Positions 50,531-63,900 of a DNA stretch of 64,000 nucleotides are shown in pieces; the stretch's first letter is position 1, and each line of letters opens with the position of its first letter. This DNA is from Lama glama (lineage: Eukaryota). A program made the position numbers and the translations under genes. Under the pieces are notes generated by a model. That model made no database searches. It had not been told where the DNA came from and worked only from the letters and a program-made list of their open reading frames with translations. Location: NCBI GenBank assembly GCA_028534125.1, contig CM052816.1, positions 30,320,001-30,384,000 on the forward strand, in the 5' to 3' direction.

Positions 50531-52317
50531 GAAAACTAAACCAAGGCACACAGAGAAACAACGAAAAGGCTTTGCAATCTGTGGATGTTGAACGTAGATT
50601 CAGAAACCAGCTTTTAAAATCCTCTTATTTAATATTTCAGGAGACTCAGACCTTGGGATGGAAAATGACTTCCTGAATGCCAAGCTGGCTGGTCAGGGGC
50701 AGCAGACCCAGCACTAGAACTGAGTTCTGATGTTTTCCATTGCTTTGCAGAAAATCCAGGTGATGTTGCTAGGTTGTACTCAGTGGGTTTTTTTTTTTTC
50801 AAGGTCCAAGTATGATATCCACTAATCAAGATTCAGGGGGAAAACAATTGAAGCAGAATTAGAAACTTTATCCAGTCTGTAAATATAAATATACATATAA
50901 GGTGTATACAGTTCATGTGAGTGTAAATGTATCAAAAGAAGCTCTCCCATTGGCCTCCAGAGTGGGCTGAGAAAATGCTGAGGGCTGGCTGGTACAGGTG
51001 CCATGCAATTTATGACACAGAGTAGGAGAATGTGAAGAGAGGATGTATTTCTCCAAGAATATAGTTTTATAATAAGAAGAATTGAAATCCAATTTGCCTA
51101 TAGATTAGAATGTCATAAGCACTAAACTTTTAAAAATAATGATAAAACACTAGGAAAAATATAAAGCCTTACTATAAACAAAAATATTAACTAGATTTCA
51201 CTTCTGTTCTGTGAGCAGCTCTCTTTCAGTAAGAAGTAATTTAATTCAGCCTTTGTTTTGGTAGTATGCTACAATTTATGAGCTGAAAGTCTCAGACAGA
51301 TGTCTAAAACAATTTTCTAGCTAAAGCTCCTTAGCGGATATGGTGCTTTCCTTCTTTATAAGATTATTTTCTTTGACATATATTTAATTGGGCCTCCAAT
51401 TCACAAAATATTTATATGCTATTCCTAGTTTGATCTAGTCCAATAATATAAGAATTTAAATTCTAAAAGCAGGAAGATAAGAGTGAAACTAACTTCAGGG
51501 TATGTTTGTGAACAGTAGGAAGGAAGGGAGGGAAGAAAGAAGGGGAATGGGAAAAAGGAAAAGATTGTCTAAATGGGGAGAGAGACTCCTTCCAAAGAAA
51601 GCTGCCAGATTAGTTTTGTTCAGTTCACTGCTGTATAAAATACTCCAAAATTGACACGTGTTATTTACAGTCTAAGGAGATGAGTTCATCTACTGAGAAG
51701 AGATGAGATAGTTTGATTTACAGAGCGGAGACAGGAAATAGTTCAATTGCCTTTTTTCTCTGAATGACTGTATGGCCTTAGGACTTCGGGTAGAATTAAT
51801 TATGTTACCACCACTAACCCCAGTCTTGTCAGAGAACATTTTCAGTGGAATCCTATCCACTCTCAGTTTGTACGTAAGTGAAGGAAAGGAAAGAAGAAAC
51901 AGATAAAGCCTCAAGAAGGGAGATGATTTGTTTCCAAATCTGTATCTGCTCTCCTCTCTGCCATGTCCTGCCCAAAGGACTCTGTTTCCCACGCCTGAGA
52001 AAAGGCCCAATGGGGCAATCAGGAGTGGTATGGTATACCATGTGGAGTGGTATCCTTGGCGAAGAGAGGGGCTTTTGTCCTGCCAAAGTTGTGTCTATAC
52101 TAAAACGTTGGGAAACTATTGATTTAATATGTGATCAGTGACTAGCAATCTGTTCACATACTGTACTGATTCCTCTATGACCATAAAAGCCTAGAACAGT
52201 TCAGCACGAGTCCCGTGTGGCAGTCAGGTGGAATGATATTTTTGTTTGCTTTAATCATTGCAAAATATATCTGTAACTAGGACAAATCTCTTGGCTATAG
52301 TATAAGTGGGTTAAATT

Positions 52318-52352
52318 AAAAAAAAAAAAAAAAGAGAGAGAGAGAGAGAGAG
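52318..52352. repeat. Poly-A followed by an (AG)n microsatellite
   Basis: Directly visible. Confidence 0.9.
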
Positions 52353-52549
52353 ACTCCAAAACATACGCTTTGCTGTTTCCTGCGACTAACTCTCTGAGTT
52401 AAGGGAAAAAAATTTCAGTTGTATGATGGAGAGAACAAAACTAGTTTCTGAAGCTACAAACCAAAAGGTAATTGTTGCAGAAAAGGACTGAAGATTGTAC
52501 CATGTCTCTCATTCTTTTTGATGATTAACAGCATCTTAAAAAAAAGAAA

Positions 52550-53100
52550 ACCCTTGACTCATGCCAGCGCCCTATATATAATCTGATGAGAGACAGAGGC
52601 TGCTGGCTTCCGCTGTTCTTTTTCCTGTTGAATTAGAACTACTGGGAGTCTTGAAATACCAGACTGATTTATTTTGTTTAAGTAAATCTATAATGTATAC
52701 TCCAAACGTCATGTAATTTCATTTTGGCTTTTCTTGAGCCAAGAGCTCCTGGATGGGTTGACTTCCAAGCTGGGTCACCTTGCTGTGAGTTTGCCAGCTA
52801 GGTCGCAAGGGGAGGGAAGCCCAGATAGTGACAAAATTGTCCCAGGCTTGGAAGCATTGTGGAGGCAAGAACCTAGTTTTGTCATCCTTGTTAAAATGCC
52901 CGAGCTGAGTGCTTATGCTGTCTCGAGCCTGCTTGTTCTGCAAACTGTCGCGTTCTTTTTAGATGACGTTACATATGCAGCCGTAAACTCAATCTAGCAG
53001 TTTATTGGCTTCCAGTATTTCTTCCAGCGATATCAATCTGCTGCTGAACGTTTGAAATGTAATCCCTTTGGATGTTCAATAACAAGCAGTAGCCCTGGTC
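52550..53100. promoter_or_regulatory. Candidate enhancer/promoter: AP-1 site, MEF2/TATA-like element and CRE-like site in unique, CpG-retaining sequence
   Basis: TGACTCA at 52555-52561; CTATATATAA at 52572-52581 (fits MEF2 YTAWWWWTAR and a TATA box); TGACGTTA at 52964-52971; clustered CpGs at 52800-53050. Confidence 0.35.
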
Positions 53101-54194
53101 ATTTAATTTGTCTGGCATTAGAGAGGAGAAAAAAGGCTGATGCTAAGCAAGAGATGCTGGGAGGGAGAAGGCACTGGAGCTGTGTGCTTATCGCCATTGG
53201 CAAATGATACCCTGTTCCCCTTTCAGGGTCCACTTTGGAGAGTGGTGGCTCTCGGATGTCCCTGCCAAGGAAAGAGGGCAGGAGATACCTACATTTTTCT
53301 AGCTTCAAAATCACTAGGGAAGTTGAAGTTGTAAATAAAAATCAGATTTAAATTCTATTCTCAAAGTTTGAGCCTCTGATGAATTAAAAACATATGCCTT
53401 TTCGAAAGTTGTTTACTTGGCATGATGTGTGTTTATTTACTTAAGAATTAAGACTCTGTTTGAGCTATATGCCATATGATACTTAAGTAGTCTGTTTGGA
53501 ACCCAAAGTCGTGTACCATCAAAATGTTTTAAGTGATGGTGAAATTCATAGATCAACCTATACAGATACAGTCAACCCATAACAGACATTATGGATAGAA
53601 TCTTATTATCACATCTTAAATCTGACTGTAAAAATTAGAATATTTTCATAGAAAGTGCACTTACGGATTTAGACTGGGTTGACTGGAAAAGAACCACCCC
53701 TGCTAAGGCCCTGGATAGGGGAGTGATGACTAACAGGTCACTGGGGGGAGCTCCCAGAGCCGGGGCAGGGCCTGTGGCACGCACACCGGGGCTGATGGCT
53801 GGAATTGGGCAGTCAGGATGTGTGGGTGAAGTTTCTGTCTAAAGACAGACAACAGTAGGAGGCTGCCCAGTCCAACTCACAACCCAAACCTCAGGTTTCC
53901 TTCTTCAGGCATCGGCTGCTTGCTCAGGCTGGGATCAGTGCAGATTTACAGCCTCTCCTCTGTTTTCTGCAGATTTAAAAAATGCTTCTTTCTGTGATTC
54001 TTTCTGTGACAGTTCTTCATTCAGGACTGTCCTGGAACGATATTCCAAAAACCCATTGGTGAAAATATATGAAGAATAAACTTGATTTCCAGGTTAAGAG
54101 GAGAACATTAGTGCTTCAAGGAAATTAGTCACTGGGACTGGAATGAAGCTAAGGGGCTGAAGGGAATGGGTTAAATATTAGCAATGCTGGTAAA

Positions 54195-55195
54195 CATTCA
54201 TTCATTTCTTCACTTATCCATTGATTTAACAAAAATTTACCAGGTGCCTACTGTGCCAGGTACTGCAATAACTGATGAGTACTTAGAGCTTAATATGCCC
54301 TAATCATGGCAGTTCAAAGTTTACCTTTTATACTAACAAGGACATACATGTAAACAAAGACACTCATCAATGTATTCATGTATTTTAGACATTGTGAGAG
54401 TAATGGCCATAGGCTGTTTTGTATGTTCCCTACTGGTGCTGTAAAACAGATAAACTTAGTGATTTGATTTAACACAATACAAATTTATTCTCTTACAGTT
54501 CTGGAGATCAGAAGTCTTAAAAGCAAAATACTGACAGGCTGCGTTCCTTCTGGATGTCTAGGGGAGAACCCATTTCCTCGCTTCCTTTTCTAGCTTCTAG
54601 AAGCTGCCTGCACTCCTTTGCTTGTGGCCCCACTCTGTCTCCAAACCAGCAGCGTAGCATCTTCAATCTCCCTCTCTCCCTGCTTCCATCACCTCATTGC
54701 CTTTTCTGCCCCTGACCCTCATCCTTACTTCTTATCTAGATCTTGTGATTATATTGAAGTTACCTGGTTAATCAAGGATAATCTCCCCATTTTCAGACCC
54801 TTAGTAACATTTCCCCCTTTACCATGTAAGGTGACATATTCACAGGTTCTGGGGATTCGGGCTTGGATGTCTTTGGAGGGGGTATCACCTAGTCCACTGT
54901 AGCTGTGGTGGAGTCCAGGGAAAGGAAATGTTGGATTTTGGTGGCAGGGGGCTGGGATGTAGAATATCAGAAAAGACTTCTTTGAGGTTGCAGTGCTTGA
55001 GTGAAGATTTGGTCATTGAGTAAGTACTCACTAGGGGAATGGGGTATCCAGTGGTGGGCAGTGTGAAAACTTCTCACAAGGAAAGGTGAAGACAAAGACA
55101 TGTTCAGAGAACTGCAAATAGTTTGACTTACCTGAAAGATAATTTGGGGGTAGGGGGTACATGGTTGGATCAAATCATCCAGAACGTGATGTGCC
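54195..55195 (-). mobile_element. L2 fragment interrupted by an MLT1 LTR
   Basis: cattcattcatt...tttaacaaaaatttaccaggtgcctactgtgccagg, resuming after 54901 (agacttctttgaggttgcagtgcttgag). Confidence 0.6.
54420..54901 (-). mobile_element. MLT1C/MLT1D-like MaLR solo LTR
   Basis: aaatttattctcttacagttctggagatcagaagtc...gcttctagaagctgcctgcactcc...ggataatctccccatt...tattcacaggttctggggatt. Confidence 0.85.
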
Positions 55196-57199
55196 AAACT
55201 AAGGGCTCTCCATTAGGTCTGGTGCTCTGCCTTGTGAACTCTAAGCACCTGGGATTGCCCAGGCTCTCAGCTATGTTTCCTAATTCAGGGAAACCAGTGG
55301 ACTCCACTTGCGTTCCCTCTGCTTGTGTTGCATCCTGGAAGCTTTTTCCAGGTAGTAATCTGCTGTCGTTCTGCTCTCTGTCTCTCATTTGTTTCCCAGT
55401 TCTCAGGGATCACTGTCCTTCGCTGCCAGATGTCTGCTATATTGAGTTCTGTTGTTTGATAAAATTTTAAAAATTAACTTCGTACCTGCTGTAATGTTTG
55501 TTCTTGCTGAGACTGAGCCTTCTTGCCCCCATTTAAAAAAAGAATAATGAGGCTGGAGATGTGGTCGAGTTCACCTCTGAAGACAGACTTTCTTTATTTT
55601 AGGAAAAACAGCTTAATGGACCCTTCCATTATGCTAATTAAAGTAGGGAGATTGGCAATTTCAAGAAAATGAAGATGTAAAGAAGCGTTTGTCTTGTATC
55701 TCTAAACACTCTAATTTTAGGAAGCAAATGGCTTTCCTCTGTGAGGGCCTCAGTGTGGTTGAAGGTCTGGACTCCGGGATGGAGGGCCACGTTGAGTCGT
55801 AGCCCCAGGTGCGGATGTTACTGACTCCTAGAAAACTTAACAAACTGGGGGCTCAGAAGTAAGATACTCGGGAAGTGTCTGAGCTTGCAGATTCTGGTTT
55901 TAACTTAATTCCAATGATACACTTTTTCTTTTCTGAGTTTCGATTTCCTCCTTTTATCTTGAAGCTTTGGGAAAGTTTAGTTAAACTTCTCAATCGAGTC
56001 TTCCTTGAAATCTAGACGGATTGAACTTGAGGGAGAGACCTATGTCTAAATTTGGATTAAGTGACTGCGGGCTGAGATGACTGCAGGGTGGCGGCAAGAC
56101 GTGATTGACACAGGAACTGCATCGATGTCGTCACTGAGACCGGTGGTGGAGCAGATAAAGGACAGCCTTTTTGTGTTTATGGAATGTTTAGTAATTTCCA
56201 TAAGGATTCCTAGAAATATGTGGAGAGGGAAATCCAATAAAGTGGGATTTCCAGTGAAGTCAGATGGCAGCTTACACTATTTTTATTAAGATCTTAAAGG
56301 GAAATGCTGGAGACCTACAGGCGATATATCTTTATTAACATAGCCACCAAAATATAAGTAATGTGGTTTAGATATGAATTCCTACTGGTGAAAGCACACT
56401 CCTGTTTCCCCCATTTAACTCAAGAAAAAGTCTGTCCTCCATATATTCAGTGCTGGGTTTTGCTCATCTTTTTCATGACATCAGCTAATTTTCTTGATCC
56501 TACAGCACTGTACTTCTTTTAATAATCAGCATCAGATTTATTACCTTCTTGATTTAGAGTGTTATCAAGTAGAAACAATAGAAGATTCTTAATCTCCCTA
56601 AATAAATTTTTCATACATCAGACATTAAGTTCGAAGTATTCATAAACTGTATGTTTATTGTTATGACTATTGCTGGACTTAAATTTCTTATTGAAGAGTT
56701 GTATGGTTTGGGAATTTAATGAGATTCCCTCTTCTCTGTCATTATCTATAAGTATTTGTTGTAGCTCAGTCAGAAATGACAGATTTTTGTTCTGTAACAA
56801 TGGAAGTAGTTCTACAGATTTTTTTTTTTTTTTGGTATTATATCCTAGGGAGAATGTCTTCCAGGATTAGTCTTATTTTTTGGTGGAAAAAGGAATAATT
56901 AATTCCGTATAAATTGGTTGCAACAGTATTGACATATCCAGTAACTTCAATGTAATGCTTATTTGTAATTTCCAGTGTCTTCCAGCTAACAAAATCATTG
57001 GTTTTAATACTAGCAATAGCTCTAGAAGGATGATATCTCTAATAAGCTTTGCATAAGTTTTAAATGCCACTGCTGTTTTATGTCATTCAGTGAGGCAGGC
57101 TGGAGTGAAATTTCTCTCTAGGGTGAAAATGCCAGTGACCTCTTTCCCTTCCAAGTAATGTCTCTTAAAAGAGGAATGTATAATCTTTTCTACTTCGCA

Positions 57200-59090
57200 G
57201 CCTCCCTGACACTACTTAACCTACTGCAGTTTGCTTTCTGACACTTCCATTCCACAGGAAGAGTTCCCAACAGTATCAGCCATAACAGACTAATTGCAAA
57301 ATCTGTCACTTTATAGTCCTTTCCCTATTTGTCATCTCAGACATATCTGACACTTGTACACTTTGTCCTTCTTGCAACTTTCTCCCCACCTTTACCTCCA
57401 TTGAACCATTCTTTCATTTTTCTTTTGAATTTCGAGTAATTCCTTCTCAACTTCTACCCAGCTCTTACAGATTTGTACTCCATAGATGTTTCCTCTTCTT
57501 ATCCTGTCTTAATCTGTTTGGTTTACTATAACGGAATTCCATGGACTAGGTAGCTTATAAACAACAGAGATTTATTTCTCATAGTTCTGGAGGCTGGAAG
57601 ATCAGGGTGCCAGCAGGTCAGCTCTTTCCTTTTGGGCTGCAGACTTCTCACTGTATTCTCATGTGGTAGAGGGGCGAGGGAGCTCTCTAGAATTTCTTTC
57701 ATAAGGACACTAATCTCATCATGACTTAACCACCTCCCAAAGACCCCACCTCCCAGTACCATCACATTGGGCATTTGGACTTTGACATAGGGATTTGAGG
57801 GGAACACAGACATTCAGAACACAGCACACTCTCCACTCAAGGGTCTCGACCTGATCTTTATGCTCACAATTTCTATATCTAGACCTCTCCAAAGATGTTT
57901 CTCTTTGAACTCCATAGCAAACAACATAATGCTTGCTTGTGTGTTTTTCTAGCTTTCATACTTAACATTATCAATATGGAATTTATTAACCTACTACCCA
58001 AACCCAAATGGAGCCATCATTCACCCAATATCCAATTTAAAACATTAGAATTTACATGCTATAGAGAGCAGATCCTGACACAAGGACTAAAGTGTTAATA
58101 CTTCATTTGAGATATGCGAGCCCAGGATGGTGAGGATGAAGACAGAAGGAGCCCAAGGCAAGGAAAGATGTACACTATGTGATGTAAAACATTATTATGT
58201 TGATACCATCTTTATAGTAAACTATAAAGAAAGAATAGTAAGTTTTTCATAAAGTGTATTTTATGAGCATGCAGAACTTCTCTGACCATACTGCATGTTG
58301 AAACCATTCCTTGAAGTAATCTACAGAAGAAGGAACAGAGGAGGAATTTGTCTGTCTGACTCTCCATGGTCTCACATTTTCCATTGCCTAATATTCATAC
58401 CATGAGGAACTAACTTTCAGGCTGCATCATCCAAACTCTTGGTGGTCAATCAGGAGGTCAGGCTGCCTCCTCAGGTGGAACGGTAACCTAGGGAGAGAGA
58501 GAAGTAGGTAATTGAGGAAAACAGAAAATTCGCAAAGTCAGTATCATTCCAATCTATTGTCCTTAATTTATTGCTATATCTCAGTCTTTCCATCAGATTA
58601 TTTACCAAATACCATTATTTCCACCTCATAAGTATATCTCAGATATGTCCCCTTACCTTATTTTATGCTCTTAGAATTTTTATCAAAAACTTCCGCAACG
58701 GTTTCTCCATTACTCACCCTGACCTGACTTTGCTTCCCTCTACTGCATCCTTCTTCATAATGTCAGAGTGATTTTGCAAAGTGTAAATCTTGCTATTTTA
58801 CTCCACTACCTAAAAGTCCTTCAGTGGCTCCCCACTGACTCTGGAGTCTAGTCAGTATCCTTACTATTGACAGAGGCAAAAAATAATTACAATCTAGGTT
58901 CTGCTTTAGTCTTCAGCCCCTTCCCTCATCACTCTTCATGTAAGTACCTTATGATCAGACCATGATCATCTGTGATCAGGTTACCCAAATGCTACCTTTT
59001 TATTTATATATTTTACATCAAGTTCCTATCTATCTTCTCTTCTTTTCCTGGCTAGGTTCTATTCAGCTTTCTAGACCAGCTCAAGATCAA
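57200..59090 (+). mobile_element. Fragmented L2 interrupted by LTR elements
   Basis: Pyrimidine-rich L2 body: tttatagtcctttccctatttgtcatctcag, ctatatctagacctctcc, cctaaaagtccttcagtggctcccact. Confidence 0.5.
57505..57826 (-). mobile_element. MLT1A-like MaLR solo LTR
   Basis: tgtcttaatctgtttgg...cttataaacaacagagatttatttctcatagttctggaggctggaag...cacctcccaaagaccccacctccc...acacagacattcagaacacagca. Confidence 0.9.
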
Positions 59091-59109
59091 AAACCAATAA
59101 CAATATTTA

Positions 59110-60300
59110 GTTACTTATTCACAGCGAATACTCACTGAACTGTTCTTACGTATCAGACATTACACTATATTCTTATGATGCATAAGGTAACAGAGAAAGC
59201 AAAAAATCCACCTCTTAGAACTTATATTCCTGTGGCAGAGGTAGGCAAAACAGTAGATAAGGAAAATATATAAAGTGTTGGCTCATGAGAATTGCAGAGG
59301 CTAAATTAGAGATGAGCAGTTTGGTGTTACCTAAAATGATAACATCTTTAGTGAGGGTGACCTGACCTCTTTAAAGAGGTGACTTTTGTATGTAGACCTA
59401 GAAATCTCACTAAAGAGGTGACTTTTGAGTAAAGACCTAAAGAAAATAAGGGAGCAGGCCTTCTTGGGGGAAAAGCGAATCAGGCACAAGGGAAAGTAAT
59501 TGCAGTGACCTTGAGGAATAAATACACCTGGAATGCTCAAGAAATTACAGGAAAAAATAGAAAGCTGGAATAGCTAATGAAGGGAGAATAGTATAAAATG
59601 AAGTTAGACATGTAGTAAGAGGTGGGACCCTTATCTGACTTGGGCTTTTTCTTTGTGTGAAGAGGAAGCCATTGAAGGGTTTTAAATGGAAAGTAGGGGA
59701 TGGCTTGGACTGTTACTTTGAGAACAGATAGTTAAAGGGCAAAGGCTGAAGTTAGGAGATTACTCAGTAGACTACTTTAATAATCCAGTAAGAGATGATA
59801 GTGGTTTGTCTAGTGATGGAGATGATGAGTAGTAGTTAAGTTCTGCATAACTGAGAGTTGAGATGAAGAGTACGAGAATTTGGCATGAGCAGTTGAGATG
59901 GAAAGACAGAGGGGGAGGTTTGGGAAGGAGCGTGAGGAGCTCAGTTTGGGGCATGTTAAGTCTGAGATGACTATGAGTTACCCGAGTAGGAATGTCAAAT
60001 ATGCAGTTGGATAATTGATCTGGGCCTCAGGGAAAGTCCTCTGCTAGAGACAAGCATTTAAGAACTATCGTCACAGAGATGGTAGTTAAATCCATGTTGT
60101 TAAGTGGCTTCCTTTCTCCTTCAGAGTAAAAGCCAAAATCCTGCAATCACCTAGGGAAGAAGTCATAAATACAAAATAGGAAATGTTCAAAGACAAGAGA
60201 CATTGTGAAATGCAAGGATTAAGTATTTGAAGGAACCTAAAAAAGGGCCGAGAAGGAACTGCCAGTCAAGTAGAAAGAATCCAAAAGATTATAGTGCCTA
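59110..60300 (-). mobile_element. L2 (L2a-like) fragment
   Basis: gaggtgacttttgagtaaagacct, ggaagccattgaagggtttt, ggagctcagtttggggcatgttaagtctgagatg, gcagttggata. Confidence 0.75.
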
Positions 60301-60309
60301 GGGGCAGCG

Positions 60310-60910
60310 ATTAAGGCAAGTTGGTCTTAAACAATAAAGTGACACAAATATTTAATAGTTTAAACACAACAGACAATTGTTTCTTCCTCACCTAACAATT
60401 TGACCCAGATATTCTAGAATACGGGTCCCTGTCTTTCATACAGTGAGTCAGGTACTCATGTTTTCTCTAACTTATGGCTGATTCCACCATCCCCTGTGGC
60501 TTCATTATTATTTGCATTTAGCAGTTCAAAGAAGAAATATTGTTGGAAGAAGTATATCTACCTCTTTTTTTACTATCGAAATATAGTCAGTTACAATGTG
60601 TCGATTTCTGGTGTACAGCACGATGGCCAAGGCATACATATATACACATATATTCATTTTCATATTCTTTTTCATTTAAAGTTATTACAGGATATTGAAT
60701 ATAGTTCCCTATACTATGTATAAGAAATTTTAAAATCTATTTTTATATGTAGTAGTTAATATTTGTATACCTCGAACTCCCAAATTTATCCACTTCTTAA
60801 TTTACTGGACGTGGAAATAGTACATGCTGCTTCCACTTACAGTCTCGTGTCTTGTTGCCTGGTCATATGGTCACACCCATCTGCAAGTGAGGCTTGGGAA
60901 TGTGCTTTTT
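60310..60910 (-). mobile_element. Old MLT1 LTR interrupted by a short L1
   Basis: gtttaaacacaacagacaattgtttcttcctcac...tggctgattccaccatccc, resuming after the L1 (ggtcatatggtcacacccatctgcaagtgaggcttgggaatgtg). Confidence 0.55.
60565..60790 (-). mobile_element. Very short L1 3' tail, artiodactyl-type
   Basis: Same 3'-terminal sequence as the 3839 and 61823 copies. Flanks tatctacctctt and tatccacttctt may be a decayed TSD. Confidence 0.8.
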
Positions 60911-61822
60911 GTACCATAAGAAGATGTATGAATACCAAATGCAGAAGTTTTCCAATCTACCTCTCTCTGAATTTTAATTTTCCTTTGATTTCTGTTTTTC
61001 TCTTAATGGATTCATTGACAGCATTTACTTTCTGTATCCCTGATGGTTTCCTTATTGGTGGGGCACTTAGGTGTTCAATAAATACTGTCAAATATGAACG
61101 TGAAAGCGTTAAAGTTGGAAGATGTTTACAGTTTAGAAAACAAACTCAGTAGTTCAGGTAAAATCCCCATTTCTTTGAAGGGTAACATGAGGCTCAGAGA
61201 AGTTAAGTTTCTTGCTAAAAATTACATAGCTAGTAAGTAATGGATTTGGCCCTTGAACTCAGGTTCCCTGATTTCAGGAATATGAATACAGCTGATCATG
61301 TTTCTCCATTTTGATTCACTTGCAGGAAACCTAAAGTGAAAATGAAATATTTAAATAGCTAACTCTGAGGTGTAATTTACTGAGAGTTTTACTATACCCT
61401 CTATTTAAGTATTGATCTTGGATTATGACACAGACGATGAGCTATTCTGGTTCTCTAATGACATTATGTTGGGCAGAGAGTCTGATGGCAGAGACATTGA
61501 CATTAAAATTTAAAATTACTGAGGCGAGCTGGAAAAGAAAACAAATGAAATTCGGCAGGGACAATTCAATTAAAGGACTACCGTGTAGAAGAAGAATGCA
61601 AACACAGAAACAATCTTAAAACAGAGTAGAATGCAATAAGAGAGGTTCATACAGTGTCAGCAAAGTTCAGTGGAGGAAAACTCCATCTCACCTTGATTCA
61701 GGTCAAGCGTATAGCAAATGCTGTGCTAATGGAGGAACCCACATTCCAATTTTAGCTTGTGAGGCCACGAGAGCGTTTCACGTGGAATGTGCAGGGTCCT
61801 GTTTCAAGGATCAGGGAAATTT

Positions 61823-62511
61823 TTTTAAACATTTTTTTTTTATTGAATCATAGTCATTTTACAATGTTGTGTCAAATTCTAGTGTGGAGTACAATTTTTC
61901 AGTTATATATGAACATATATATATTCATTGTCACATTTTTTTTTTCTGTGAGCTACCGCAATATCTTGTATCTATTTCCCTGTGCAGTATAATCTTGTTT
62001 ATCTATTCTACATATGCCTGTCAGTATCTACAAATTTTAAACTCCCAGTCTATCGCTTCCCACCCTTCTCCCCCTTGGCAACTACAAGTTTGTATTCTAT
62101 GTCTATGAGTCTGTGTCTGTTTTGTATTTATGTTCTTTTTTTTTTTTTTTTAGATTCCACATATGAGCAATCTCATATGGTATTTTTCTTTCTCTTTCTG
62201 GCTTACTTCACTTAGAATGACATTTTCCAGGGACATCCATGCTGCTGCAAATGGCATTATGTTGTCATTTTTATGGCTGAATAGTATTCCATTGTGTAAA
62301 TATACCACATCTTCTTTATCCAGTCATCTATTGATGGACGTTTAGGCTGTTTCCATCCCTTAGTTACTGCAAACAGTGCTGCTATGAACTTTGGGGTGCA
62401 GGTGTCTTTTTGAAGTATGGTTCCTTTGGGATATACACCCAGGAGCGGAATTCCTGGGTCATATGGTAAGTCTATTCCTAGTCTTTTGCATAATCTCCAT
62501 ACTGTTTTCCA
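61823..62511 (-). mobile_element. Young 5'-truncated L1 with a perfect 18-bp TSD
   Basis: caaggatcagggaaattt at 61805-61822 and 62512-62529. ORF 62257..62514 gives the L1 ORF2 end ([15 protein letters not shown]...DTCTPKFIAALF). Confidence 0.97.
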
Positions 62512-62574
62512 CAAGGATCAGGGAAATTTATAAAATGGCCCTTGAGGTATCAGTTGTATTTCTCAGGGCAGTGA

Positions 62575-63010
62575 GAATTTTTCAGTTATGGAATTTTTAT
62601 TTGCAAGTGACAGAAAACCTATTTCACAGTGATTTGAACACTAAAACATGATAATTTGCTTATGTAAATAAAAAGTCTTAAAGCAAACTTGTCTCAAACT
62701 TGCCTATTCATTTTCATTTTGCTGTTTGTGGATTGACTTCGGCTGCAAGTAAGGAGTCACTTTCATGGTAATAGGGTTGTTGCAGCTGTTTCTACCCCTG
62801 ACTGTCATTCCTCAAAATGCAGAGCAGAGTGGAACACCTGTGTCTTGGGATTCCTAGCAAAAGTCCTGGGGTTCACTCTGGTTGGCCTGACCTGGATCAA
62901 ATGCTTTCCTCATAGACCACAGGGAGGAACCACATCTTTGGAATCATGTGGTACCCAAATGGAAATAAGTTGTGTTTGAAAGTGGGAGAGAGTTGCCCCA
63001 AAGTGTCCAG
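62575..63010 (-). mobile_element. Old MLT1 LTR fragment
   Basis: ttgcaagtgacagaaaacct...taatttgcttatgtaaataaaaagtc...tcctagcaaaagtcctggggttcactctggttggcctgacctggatca. Confidence 0.55.
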
Positions 63011-63190
63011 AGAGAAGGTGAGGGAATTTCAGCCATAGGGAATTATTTTAGAAAAAAATGCATCAGGATAAGAGGTGTATTTTATTTATTATTCTATATT
63101 TGATGTCTAGAATAATAAGCAGAGAGTGCTCAATATATTTTATTAAATAAATCTATGAATAAATTCATGAATGAATAAAAGTATACTCTA

Positions 63191-63855
63191 AAAAGGGGTC
63201 CCTCTTACAACGTTGGTGGGAATGTAGTTTGGTACAGTCGTTATGGAAAATAGTATGGAGATTCCTTAAAATACTGAAAAAAGGCTTACCCTATGATCCA
63301 GAAATCCCACTCCTGGGCATATATCAGGAGGAAACTCTAGTTCATAAAGACACATGCACCCCAATGTTCATAGCAATACTATATACAGTAGCCAAGATAT
63401 GGAAGCGACCTACATGTCCATCAACAGATGACTGGATAAAGAAGTTGTAGTACATGTATACAACAAAGTATTACTCAGCCGTAAAAAAAAGAAGAAAATA
63501 ATGCCATTTGTAACAATGTGGATGGACCTGTAGATAGTCAAATTAAGTTAAGTAAACCAGAAAGAGAAAGAAAAATACCATTTGGTATCACTTACATGTG
63601 AAATCTCAAAAAATATATATGTAAAAAAAGAACACAAATGAACTTATTAATAAAACAGAGATAGACTCACAGATATAGAAAACAAACTTTGGTTACTGAG
63701 GGGAAGGGGTTGAGGAGGGATAAATTGGGAGTTTTTTGCAAATACTAACTGTTATCTATGAAATAGATAATCAGCAAGGTCCCACTGTATAGCACAGGGA
63801 AGTATATTCAATACCTTGTAATAACCTATAGTGAAAAAGAATATGAAAAGGAGTG

Positions 63856-63900
<45 letters not shown>

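Noticed and set aside
53950..54085. Good acceptor (ctcctctgttttctgcag) followed by a short open frame ending at an AATAAA
   Set aside because: Peptide not recognised and no upstream partner exon; indistinguishable from a pseudo-exon without RNA data.
104..63450. ORFs with L1 ORF2-like peptides (104..346, 34515..34901, 47324..47506, 47614..47856, 62257..62514, 63229..63450) as genes
   Set aside because: They are short fragments of truncated, frameshifted L1 copies, not functional coding sequences.
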